DNA from: an uncultured Chloroflexia bacterium
GTDB lineage: Bacteria > Chloroflexota > Limnocylindria > Limnocylindrales > CSP1-4
Length of the DNA stretch: 64,000 nt
Direction of reading: 5' to 3'
Assembly: GCA_963764975.1 (NCBI GenBank)
Contig: CAVXUF010000002.1
Coordinates: forward strand, 203,894 to 267,893
Both the position numbers and the translations under genes were made by a program. This document shows, one piece after another, positions 23,451-33,681 of the stretch. The notes under the pieces are model-generated. The model did no database searches. It was not told where the DNA came from and saw nothing but the letters and a program-made list of their open reading frames with translations. Within the stretch, counting starts at the first letter, position 1. Each line of letters begins with the position of its first letter.

Positions 23451-24113
23451 ATGGCGTGGAGTATGCGGCCCGATCGTGAAACGCAGATCGTCCGCCTCGG
23501 AAGGCTGGATGCTCGTCGACGGATCGCGTTTGCGGCCTTTTGGCCGCAGCGGATGTTGCCGGCATACAAACGCTTCAGCGAACGGGCCAGCTTTGGCGAT
23601 GCCCAACGCGTTCAGTCTTGCCTAGACCAATCCTGGGCTGTGGTTGACGGGCTAGCGTTGGCGCAAGCTCAGGTCGTCCAATGCCAATCAGACTTGGCTG
23701 ACTTGGCCCCCGAGATTGAAGCCATGCCTCCGTTGAGCTCTGCGGCCATGGAGTGCGTTGCTGCGACGTGGGATGCCCTCGCAGCGATCGGCAACCCGCT
23801 GCCCGAGGTCTGCTGGTCGACTTGGGATGCATACGGCAATGTGATCGACCACCTCTTGATAAATCGCGACCACCAATTTGCGCTGATCGCGTCTAAGGAC
23901 CCTGATCCATTCAGATTGCACGACGACCCCATTCGGGAGGCGGCGAGCATCGACGCTGACGACCTGTTGACTAGGCTCGAAGGTGAAACAGAGATCACGT
24001 CCCTGGAATTAAAGGCCGTCGCCACCAGCCGCGTCGCTGTCGAGTTCGTCAACGCCCTCAATTCGTTGGTGGCCAAAGTCAAGCAGCGCAAGGTGCACAC
24101 AGCGCGGCAATAG
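23451..24113 (+). CDS. hypothetical helical protein (candidate orphan immunity gene)
   Basis: ORF track 23451..24113. Lower G+C. All-helical-looking 220-aa protein. No family recognised with confidence. Confidence 0.5.
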   Translation: MAWSMRPDRETQIVRLGRLDARRRIAFAAFWPQRMLPAYKRFSERASFGDAQRVQSCLDQSWAVVDGLALAQAQVVQCQSDLADLAPEIEAMPPLSSAAMECVAATWDALAAIGNPLPEVCWSTWDAYGNVIDHLLINRDHQFALIASKDPDPFRLHDDPIREAASIDADDLLTRLEGETEITSLELKAVATSRVAVEFVNALNSLVAKVKQRKVHTARQ

Positions 24114-25296
24114 GCGAATCCCACCGTCCTGTCCGACGGCACCCGCACGTACCTGCCCGGCGCCCCCGCTGCCGGCTACGAGGCCTCCGGCACCTGGTAC
24201 AGCGGGCTGACCGACCTGGTCGGCTCACCGCTCGCGACCGTGTCCGACACAGGCACCACGAGCGCCATCACCCACTACGACCCGTACGGCCTCGCCCGCC
24301 CCGGCTCGAGCCTCGCGACCGGCATCGGCTATGCCGGCGAGTGGCGCGACGGGACCGGTCTGGTCAACCTGCGAGCGCGGGCCTATGACCCGACCCTGGC
24401 GCGGTTCATCGGGCGCGACACCTACGGCGGCGTACTGAGCGTCCCGCAGAGCGCCAACCGCTACAGCTACGCCCAGAACAACCCGTACCGCTATACCGAT
24501 CCGTCGGGTCACTTCGTGCAGACCGTCGTCGAGGACCCCGGCGAGGTCGCCAGCCTGCTCGTCCAGCTGACCCCACCGGGCATCGCCTATAGCGTGCTGA
24601 CCGTGGTCACCGGCTGGGATGTGCTGGCCGGTCGGGCGCTGTCCGACGACGAGCGCAGCCTCGGGCTCCTGCTCATCGTCGGTGGCAGCGCGGCGCTCGT
24701 CATCGCCCAGGTCGCGGGCGCCGCCTTCCGGGCGCTGGCGCGGGCCGGGGCCAGACTCAACCGCGGGGTCGATCGACTCGATGGCGCCTTCGGTCGCCTG
24801 GCCGGTCGCCTGCGTGGCGCGGGCGAAAGGCTGGGCGGTGAGCTGGGCCTAGGCTCGAGAGCGGCCCAACGTGGCGAGCTGAACCTGGGGGGCGATCGAC
24901 GACGCACTCGGGAGCGTGGGAAGGCGCGTAAGGGCGAGTGCTGACGGATCTCATGACCTCACGGAGGCGTTCCACTATACGACCCAAGGTCGGGCCGACG
25001 GGCTACTGGACAACGGCCTGCGAGAAGGGGCGTTCGCATCTCCAAGCGGGAACCTCTCGGCCCTCCAAGCACAGATCGAGCTAGGCCTTCCGCCCAATCG
25101 GCAATTGCCCGACACCCTCGTCCGCATTGACCTCGACGGTCTTAGGCGGGCAGGGTTCGAAATCCCGCAAGTCACTCGTGTCAGTAATGTTGTACGGGGC
25201 CGCTTCGATCGCGTCTATTCGGTCCCTGGTGGAGGCTATGAGATGCAGTTTCCGTACTCCGTCCCGCCAGAGTCCCTGAGCATTCGCCGACTATGA
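24114..25296 (+). CDS. orphan Rhs/YD-repeat C-terminal fragment with PT-TG-like segment and C-terminal toxin-like domain (one apparent frameshift)
   Basis: Frame is open from 24114; first start is GTG 24240. YD repeat (GTWYSGLTDLVGSPLATV...ITHYDPYGL), core (YAGEWRDGTGLVNLRARAYDPTLARFIGRD...NNPYRYTDPSGH), VVTGWDVLAGRALSDDER. A frame change near 24890 leads into ORF 24916..25296. Confidence 0.7.
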
Positions 25297-25643
25297 CCGA
25301 CGACGTTCGCGACAACTGGGCATCTCTCCGGGAAATGTTGATTTCCGAGCACGTGCCCAGCAAGGACGCGCAGGCGGTTTCTGTTGAGCTCGCCAGAAGG
25401 TTCGCGATGCTTGACGCCGGAGACCGCCCGGCCGTCGAGGACCTCTTGTGCAGGTGGGTCAACTCCGACGATGAGGCCCTTCGGTTCGATGCCCTTTACG
25501 TCATTTCCGAGAACTCTCTCGTGTCCGCGCAGCCGGCCCTTTGGCAGCTGGCTACGACATTGGATGCAGATCCGACTCCAAGCGCCCGGTTCGAGCGCGA
25601 GAAGGTCATTCGACTGATCGAACGTCTGGCCGCCGCGTCCTAG
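25293..25643 (+). CDS. candidate cognate immunity protein
   Basis: ATG 25293 overlaps the stop of the toxin-like ORF (ATGA). 116-aa helical protein. This is the classic position for an Rhs-CT immunity gene. Confidence 0.55.
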   Translation: MTDDVRDNWASLREMLISEHVPSKDAQAVSVELARRFAMLDAGDRPAVEDLLCRWVNSDDEALRFDALYVISENSLVSAQPALWQLATTLDADPTPSARFEREKVIRLIERLAAAS

Positions 25644-25658
25644 AGGTCGGGAAGTAAC

Positions 25659-26126
25659 GTGACCATGGACCTCAACGCAGACAGCAGACAAGTGCTCGAC
25701 GCGGTTCGCAGCGCCTTTCCGACTGGGGTAGGCGACGAAGAGTACCCCGCACTGCAGATTGGGTTGAGCCAAGACATGTCGGATTCGGCCATCGGTCTCG
25801 TAAGTGAGGAATTCGTCGGCAGGCACCGCCTGGATGTCGAGAGTGACTTGGCGCGCGCAATGTCAACGGCGCCGCCGCCTTCTGACACCATCCACGTCCG
25901 CGACCAGGGACCCATCACCCGCGAAACGGAAGCTCTGGTCAGCCGAAAGGGCGACGACGACATCGGAGTGGATGAATTCAGGTATTTGCTCGAAGTGGAC
26001 TTGGCTAAGAGCGCGATTGCCGTCCTTGAACAATGGCGCTCACGGGAAGGCACAGTGTCGGAGCGGTTCGACGCGGTCGTCAATTACGCGACGAACGACG
26101 CGTACCTCCTATTGTCGCCTGCTTGA
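25659..26126 (+). CDS. hypothetical protein (candidate orphan immunity gene)
   Basis: ORF track 25659..26126. Lower G+C. No family recognised. Confidence 0.5.
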   Translation: MTMDLNADSRQVLDAVRSAFPTGVGDEEYPALQIGLSQDMSDSAIGLVSEEFVGRHRLDVESDLARAMSTAPPPSDTIHVRDQGPITRETEALVSRKGDDDIGVDEFRYLLEVDLAKSAIAVLEQWRSREGTVSERFDAVVNYATNDAYLLLSPA

Positions 26127-26200
26127 GTTGGCTCGGGCGACTCCTTGGCCGCGAACAACAGCGGCGTGCGACCGAGGCCGAGGATGATCTGCGCATCTTG

Positions 26201-26647
26201 ATGCCGGGCATGCGGCTGAGTGGCGTCACGTACTTCAATCTCGAGGACGCGGCGTGGCGGAGAAGTCAAGGCGTGCACCGCCTTGACTTCGGGCTCGACC
26301 TGACATTCGACAGCAACGTCGTGGGCCTCTGCTGGGACCTGGATCAGTCCCTTCAGGTGAGGCCCTGGAGCGTCCGGCTCGACTTCATCGATCCCGAGGC
26401 CGTATCTGTGGTGGGCGAGGAACCATGGGCGTCTGTCGAGGGGCGGAGGCTCGAAGCCGTGCATCAGCGCGACGTCGGGAGCGCCCGGTGGGCAGTCGCC
26501 TTGGTCTTCGAAGAGGCCGCACCGATCTGGATCGCCGCTGCCTACCTCATCGGGGAGCAGGAGCTACTCGTCCCACTCAATGATGAGATCCTGATCGTGA
26601 CCGACCATCGGCTCGCGACGGAATGGGGTCTTGACATCCGTGGGTGA
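26201..26647 (+). CDS. hypothetical protein (candidate orphan immunity gene)
   Basis: In-frame part of ORF 26033..26647 from ATG 26201. Alternative TTG 26123 overlaps the preceding stop as TTGA. No family recognised. Confidence 0.45.
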   Translation: MPGMRLSGVTYFNLEDAAWRRSQGVHRLDFGLDLTFDSNVVGLCWDLDQSLQVRPWSVRLDFIDPEAVSVVGEEPWASVEGRRLEAVHQRDVGSARWAVALVFEEAAPIWIAAAYLIGEQELLVPLNDEILIVTDHRLATEWGLDIRG

Positions 26648-26839
26648 CATCCGCGACGGCATGGAACGTGCATCGGCGCCGACCGAGCGCGACGACGTAC
26701 TCGCCGAGCCCGTTGGTCCTTGAGCCGCTGCTAGTCGCCGGCACGCTCGCGTTGGTCGCGTCCGTGCTGCTGGCCCTGCGCCGACCCGAACGGCGACGCC
26801 TCGGCGTCAGGGGGTGGTTCCGTGTAACATCCCGCCTCG

Positions 26840-28191
<1,352 letters not shown>

Positions 28192-28199
<8 letters not shown>

Positions 28200-29313
28200 C
28201 GTCATCGGCAAGCGCCGCTGGTTCTACCTCCTCTCGGTCTTCCTCACGGTCCCGGGTCTCGTCTTCATCCTGCTGACGCCCGTCAGCGACGCTGGTCTGC
28301 AGTTCACGATCGACTACACCGGCGGGACGAAGTGGGAGATCAAGTTCGAGGACCCGTCGGTCACGCCTGACCAGGTCGAGGCCGTCTTCACGGCGCAGGG
28401 TCTCAGCTCCACGGCGATCACGACGGGATCCGGATTCATCGAGATCAAGACGGAGCCGATCGGGCTCGTCGTCGCGGAACCGACGCCCACCCCGGCGCCG
28501 TCAGCCAGTCCATCGGCGAGCGCGTCAGCGGGGGCCAGTCCCTCGGCGTCCCCCTCCCCGTCTGCCAGCCCGAGCCCGTCCGCGAGCCCCAGTCCGAGCC
28601 CGTCCGCCAGCCCACCGCCCGCCGCCGGGAACACCGACCTTCCGACCGATGGTCGACTCGGCGAGGTCCGCGTGGCCCTCGAGCGCGAGCTGGGCAAGAT
28701 CACGGCGCAGAACAGCCTGACGACCATCGGTCCGGTCGTGAGCTCGGACCTGGTGAGCCAGGCCCTCCTTCTGATCGTGGTGGGCTCACTCGGGATCCTG
28801 CTGTGGATCACGTACCGGTTCCGGGACGTGAAATTCGGGATCACGGCGCTCGTCGCGCTGCTCCACGACGTCATCTTCGTCGTCGGCGTCTTCGCCATCC
28901 TTGGCACCGTCGCCGGCATCGAGATCGACGCGCTCTTCGTGACCGCCATGCTCACCGTCATCGGCTTCAGCGTCCACGACACGATCGTCGTGTTCGACCG
29001 CGTCCGCGAGAACAAGGCGCGCCACCTGGGCGAGCCATTCGCGGACATCGTCAATCACTCGATCCTGCAAACGTTCGGTCGGTCCATCACCACGAGCCTG
29101 ACGGTCGTCCTGACACTGACAGCGTTGCTGCTGTTCGGCGGGAGCGCCATCAACGAGTTCGTCCTGACGCTGCTCATCGGGATCGTGTCGGGGACGTATT
29201 CCTCGATCTTCGTCGCCAGCCCGCTGCTCGTGGACTGGCAGGCCTACGACGACCGTCGACACGGTCGGCTGGCCTCGAACCGGGCGCCGCGCGTCCGACG
29301 GTCGGCTTCCTGA
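28192..29313 (+). CDS. secF: protein translocase subunit SecF
   Basis: GTG 28192 overlaps the secD stop. SecF membrane domain (ITALVALLHDVIFVVGVFAI, VHDTIVVFDRVREN). Pro/Ser/Ala-rich insertion encoded at about 28480-28630. Confidence 0.85.
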
Positions 29314-29418
29314 CCCGGGCCTCGACGCCCGGTAAAGCGCGGGTGCAGTGCCCCGTGGCATCCTGATGGACGTGGTCGAACCCCGGTTCCGCTGGATCCT
29401 GCCCATGCAGTCGCGAGC

Positions 29419-31170
29419 GTGCCGGCAGGGTTCGCCGACGCGGCATCGCGGCACGGGCTGACGGCCAGGGTCGCCGGCATCCTGGCGGCCCGTGGGGTGC
29501 AGGACAGCGACGACCTGGATCGCTGGTTCGCCGATCCCATGGCCGGCCTGCATGATCCCATGCTCCTCCCCGACATCGACCGCCTGCTGGCTCGACTCGC
29601 CCTCGCGCGCGAACGCGCCGAGCGGGTCCTGGTGTTTGGCGACTTCGATGCGGATGGCCTGACCGGCCTCACGATCATGGTCCTCGCGTTGCGACGCTAC
29701 GGGCTGACGGTGGAGCCGTACGTGCCGAGCCGGCTCGACGAGGGTCACGGATTGTCGATCGCGGCCCTCGACACCGCGGAACGAGTGGGCGCCACGGTCG
29801 TGGTCACCGTCGACTGCGGGACCACCAGCCACGTCGAGATCGCGGCGGCGAACGCCCGCGGGATCGACGTCATCGTCACGGACCACCACCGCGTGCCTCC
29901 GGAGTTGCCGCCGGCCCTCGCGGTGGTCAACCCGCACCGGCCGGACTCCACGTATCCCGATCGACGACTGGCGGGGAGCGGCGTCGCGTTCAAGGTGGCC
30001 CAGGCGCTCCTCGCTGACCTGCCGGGTGGCCCGGCCGCCGCGCTGGACCTCGTCGATCTCGCCACGATCGGTTCCGTGGCGGATGTCGCGCCCGTCGTGG
30101 GGGAGAACCGGGCGATCGCGCGCCTCGGCATCGAGCGGATGCGCCGCGCGCCGCGACCTGGGGTCGCCGCCCTGCTGACACGGGCGAAGGTGGAGCCGTC
30201 CGCGGTGGATCTCGAGACGGTGAGTTTCGCGCTGGCCCCCCGACTGAATGCGGCGGGCCGGATGGGCGAAGCGCTCGAAGCCGCCTTGCTCCTGCTCGCC
30301 GACGACGCCGAGACGGCGGGACGGCACGCTGACACGCTGGAGGCGGCCAATCTCGAACGGCGCGACCTGCTGAAGCGATCGGTGGGGGAGGCCCAGACGG
30401 CGGTGGCGGAACTGCCCGGTGCCACGTTCCCGAGTGCCACGGTGGTTCGCGGGCCGTGGAGCGTCGGCATCGTGGGGCTGATCGCGGCCCGCCTCGCCGA
30501 GGAGCACGGCCGGCCGGCGGTCGTCGGGGCGGAGGTCGGGGATGTTGTCCGCGCCTCGTGCCGGAGCGACGGGTCGCTGGATCTCGGGGCGGCCCTGGAG
30601 CGTTGCGCGGACCTGTTCACACGGTTCGGTGGTCATGCGGGGGCCGCCGGCTTCGAACTCCCCGCGGATCGCTGGGACGCCTTCACGGAGCGGTTCCTCG
30701 TCATCGCCGATGAGCGCGCGCCGCGCGACCCGCGCCTCCCCCTCGCGATCGACCTCGCCCTCCCGGCGCTCGACGTCGACTACGGCCTGTGGCGCGAGCT
30801 CGCCGGGCTGGCGCCCGCGGGACCCGGCAACCCGGAGCCACTCATCGCCGTCCTCGGGATGACCGTCACCCGTGTCCGGGCCGCGAACGGCGGCCACAGC
30901 CAGCTGACGCTTCGCCGGGACCGAGACGTGCTCGATGGCATCGCGTTCGGACGGTCGGACCTTGCGGAGACGGTGCACGAAGGGGATCGCCTCGATGTCG
31001 TGGCTCGGCTCGTGAGCCGGCGGTTCGGTGGGATGGAGACGCTCCAGCTCGAGATCCGCGACGCCGCCACGTCCGGGATTCATGACGAGGCGATCGCCGA
31101 GGCTGCGCGAGACCTCGTTCCGGTGATGGCCGAGCCCGTCGAGTCAGTCCTTGCCGGGAGCCCCGGATGA
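29419..31170 (+). CDS. recJ: single-stranded-DNA-specific exonuclease RecJ
   Basis: DHH motifs (VLVFGDFDADGLTG; VIVTDHH) and DHHA1 (GGHAGAAGF). A likely true N-terminus (ATG 29366, MDVVEPRFRWILP) is in another frame, implying a slip near the CCC run at 29402. Confidence 0.85.
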   Translation: MPAGFADAASRHGLTARVAGILAARGVQDSDDLDRWFADPMAGLHDPMLLPDIDRLLARLALARERAERVLVFGDFDADGLTGLTIMVLALRRYGLTVEPYVPSRLDEGHGLSIAALDTAERVGATVVVTVDCGTTSHVEIAAANARGIDVIVTDHHRVPPELPPALAVVNPHRPDSTYPDRRLAGSGVAFKVAQALLADLPGGPAAALDLVDLATIGSVADVAPVVGENRAIARLGIERMRRAPRPGVAALLTRAKVEPSAVDLETVSFALAPRLNAAGRMGEALEAALLLLADDAETAGRHADTLEAANLERRDLLKRSVGEAQTAVAELPGATFPSATVVRGPWSVGIVGLIAARLAEEHGRPAVVGAEVGDVVRASCRSDGSLDLGAALERCADLFTRFGGHAGAAGFELPADRWDAFTERFLVIADERAPRDPRLPLAIDLALPALDVDYGLWRELAGLAPAGPGNPEPLIAVLGMTVTRVRAANGGHSQLTLRRDRDVLDGIAFGRSDLAETVHEGDRLDVVARLVSRRFGGMETLQLEIRDAATSGIHDEAIAEAARDLVPVMAEPVESVLAGSPG

Positions 31171-32420
31171 CGAGCGCCGGACCGCGCCCGCCCCGCGGAC
31201 CCCGCGTCCCGCGACGTGCAGCAGGTTCGTCGGGCGTCGGGGACCCGTTCGGCATCGGGCCGATCACGTCGTTCGTCGCGCCGATCCTGTCCATCATCGG
31301 GCTGCTCCTGGTGGCGGTCGTCACGTTCAACCTGCTGTCCTTCCAGATCCCGTTCGTGACCGGTCGCAACCCGGGGGACGGCGGGAATGGCGGGCCAGCC
31401 CGGACGGCGGCACCGTCGGGGGTGGTCATCACGCCCGACACGTCGTTCAAGCTCACGGGTTCGATCGTGTACGCCAAGGCCGGCAACATCTGGGTCCAGG
31501 ACGCGAACGGCGCGCGTCAGCTCACCTCGAGCGGCGGCGATTCGATGCCGTCCTGGTCGCCCGACGGATCGGCGGTCTACTACATCCGGACCAAGGACGC
31601 CGACACCACGTGGCGGGGCGAGCGGTACGTGCTGCGGGTCCCGGAACTCATGCGCGTCCCGGCCGACGGGAGCGCCGAGCCGGAGCGGCTCGCCACGGGC
31701 CGGTTCCGGACCGGGAACGGCGTCTGGGCCTACTGGCTGCGACAGCCGGTCCTGTCACCGGACGGCAAGACGATCGCCCTGATCACCGACGCCCCGAACC
31801 CCGAACTCAGCAACGTCGTCCTCCAGTTCTTCAACACGAACAACGCGAAGATCACGTCCGCCGGGCTCGCCTCGACCGGTGTCCTCGGCCACCAGGACCC
31901 CGAATGGCGCTCCGACGGCGCCTACCTCCTGTACGTGAAGAACGGGCGGAGCGGGTCGCGTGGCGCGCCGATCATCGCGCGCTATGACACCGCCACCAAG
32001 AAGACGAAGGCGCTGACGGCGTCGGGGTACACGAGTCCGTCGTATTCCCCGGACGGCCGGTACATCGCGGCGACGCGGACCTCCAACCTCGGGACGGACA
32101 TCGTGGTCCTCGACGCGAACAACGGCCGGGAACTCGCCCGGATCACCCGCGACGATGCGTCGTTCAGCCCCTCGTGGTCGCCGGCCGGGGACGGGATCGC
32201 ATTCCTCCACCTGGTCGGGCAGACCGTGGACCTGCGACTCGCTCGGCTCAGCGGGGAGAGCGGGTCCTTCGCCGTCGAGGAGATCCTCGACCTGACCGAG
32301 GTCTCCGGGCTGGACGCGGAGTCGCGACCCGACTGGTTCGTGCCGGTCGCCGACCTGCCGCCTCCGACCCCGACGCCGATCCCCAGCAGCGCGGCGCCGA
32401 GCGCCAGCCCGTCGGGGTAG
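31167..32420 (+). CDS. membrane-anchored TolB-like beta-propeller (PD40 repeat) protein
   Basis: ATG 31167 overlaps the recJ stop. TM helix, then repeated SWSPDGSAVYY, LSPDGKTIAL, YSPDGRYIAA and SWSPAGDGIAF motifs. Confidence 0.7.
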   Translation: MTSAGPRPPRGPRVPRRAAGSSGVGDPFGIGPITSFVAPILSIIGLLLVAVVTFNLLSFQIPFVTGRNPGDGGNGGPARTAAPSGVVITPDTSFKLTGSIVYAKAGNIWVQDANGARQLTSSGGDSMPSWSPDGSAVYYIRTKDADTTWRGERYVLRVPELMRVPADGSAEPERLATGRFRTGNGVWAYWLRQPVLSPDGKTIALITDAPNPELSNVVLQFFNTNNAKITSAGLASTGVLGHQDPEWRSDGAYLLYVKNGRSGSRGAPIIARYDTATKKTKALTASGYTSPSYSPDGRYIAATRTSNLGTDIVVLDANNGRELARITRDDASFSPSWSPAGDGIAFLHLVGQTVDLRLARLSGESGSFAVEEILDLTEVSGLDAESRPDWFVPVADLPPPTPTPIPSSAAPSASPSG

Positions 32421-32431
32421 CGACGACCACG

Positions 32432-33304
32432 ATGCCGTCCACCTACCTCGAACGCCTGGCCGCCCGGTCCGCGGCCACCAACACCGTCCTGTGCCTCGGT
32501 CTGGATCCGGATCCGGCGGCCCTGCCCGTCGGGTTCAGCGCGGACCTCCGCGGGGTGGAGCGGTTCGCGACGCTCGTGGCTGAAGCCGCCGGGCCGTTCG
32601 CGGCCGCGATCAAGCCGAACCTTGCGTTCTTCGAGGCATTCGGTGCGGCCGGGATGGCGGCGCTCGAACGGATCCGCGGGTCACTCCCCGCCGACCTGCC
32701 GCTCCTCGCGGATGCGAAGCGCGCCGACATCGGGACGACGGCGGCACGACAGGCCGAGGCCCTGTTCGACCAGCTCGGCGCCGATGCCGTGACGGTCAAC
32801 CCGTACCTCGGCGCCGAGGCGATCGCGCCGCTCATCGGGCGTCCGGACCGGTTCGCCTACGTCCTGTGCCGGACGTCCAACCCGGGTGCCGGCGAGCTCC
32901 AGGACCTCGTCGTGGGCGCCGACGCCGATGCCGGCTGGCCGGCTGAGCCACTCCATCTCCGGGTGGCACGCGCGGTCACCGGCTGGGGACCCGGCGGGAC
33001 CGTCGGGCTCGTCGTGGGCGCGACCGCGCCCGCGGAGCTGGCCACGATCCGGGCGCTCGCGCCAGGTCTGGCCTTTCTCGTGCCGGGCGTGGGGGCGCAG
33101 GGTGGGGAAGAGGGACCGGCCCTGGAGCACGGTCGTGCCATGAAGGCCCCGGCCGGCGGACGGCCCGGTGGGGGTCTCCTCGTCAACATCTCGCGCGGGA
33201 TCTCGGGTGCGGCCGTGGCTGACGCCCCCGGTCCGGGCGACCCGTTCGAGCGCGTCGCGATCGCCGCAGCCGAGTGGGCGCGCCGACTCCCTGTGCTACC
33301 GTAA
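32432..33304 (+). CDS. pyrF: orotidine 5'-phosphate decarboxylase (type 2)
   Basis: ATG 32432 within ORF 32174..33304. LCLGLDPDP, AAIKPNLAFFE, LLADAKRADIGTT. Confidence 0.85.
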   Translation: MPSTYLERLAARSAATNTVLCLGLDPDPAALPVGFSADLRGVERFATLVAEAAGPFAAAIKPNLAFFEAFGAAGMAALERIRGSLPADLPLLADAKRADIGTTAARQAEALFDQLGADAVTVNPYLGAEAIAPLIGRPDRFAYVLCRTSNPGAGELQDLVVGADADAGWPAEPLHLRVARAVTGWGPGGTVGLVVGATAPAELATIRALAPGLAFLVPGVGAQGGEEGPALEHGRAMKAPAGGRPGGGLLVNISRGISGAAVADAPGPGDPFERVAIAAAEWARRLPVLP

Positions 33305-33366
33305 CCACCCGAATCCGGCGGCCGGCCGTTCGAGCGGACCGCCACCGATAGGAGTGATCGACGACG

Positions 33367-33660
33367 ATGCCTACCCCCGGACCCCTCGAGCTCGTCATCA
33401 TCCTGGTGATCGCGTTGCTGATCCTCGGCCCCGGCAAGCTGCCGGACGTCGGCTCGGCGCTCGGCAAGAGCATCCGCGAGTTCCGTAAGGCCTCGTCCGA
33501 TGTCCAGGACGCCGTCAACGTGAAGGTCGACACCTCGCCGCTCCCGCCTTCGACAGCGACGCCCGTCGACGCGGCGCCGGCGACTTCGACTGCGGCCGCG
33601 ACGTCGACCCCTGCCGCCCCGACCTCGACCGCCAACGAGTCCCCGTCCGGCTCCAACTAG
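33367..33660 (+). CDS. tatA: twin-arginine translocase TatA/E family protein
   Basis: LELVIILVIALLILGPGKLPDVGSALGKSIREFRKA, followed by a Pro/Thr/Ala-rich tail. Confidence 0.8.
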   Translation: MPTPGPLELVIILVIALLILGPGKLPDVGSALGKSIREFRKASSDVQDAVNVKVDTSPLPPSTATPVDAAPATSTAAATSTPAAPTSTANESPSGSN

Positions 33661-33681
33661 GTCCCGGTCGCCTCGCCTGAC

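Noticed and set aside
28786-31083. 765-aa minus-strand ORF opposite secF and recJ
   Set aside because: No recognisable domains. Antisense to DHH/DHHA1 and SecF motifs. Stop-codon-poor antisense frame.
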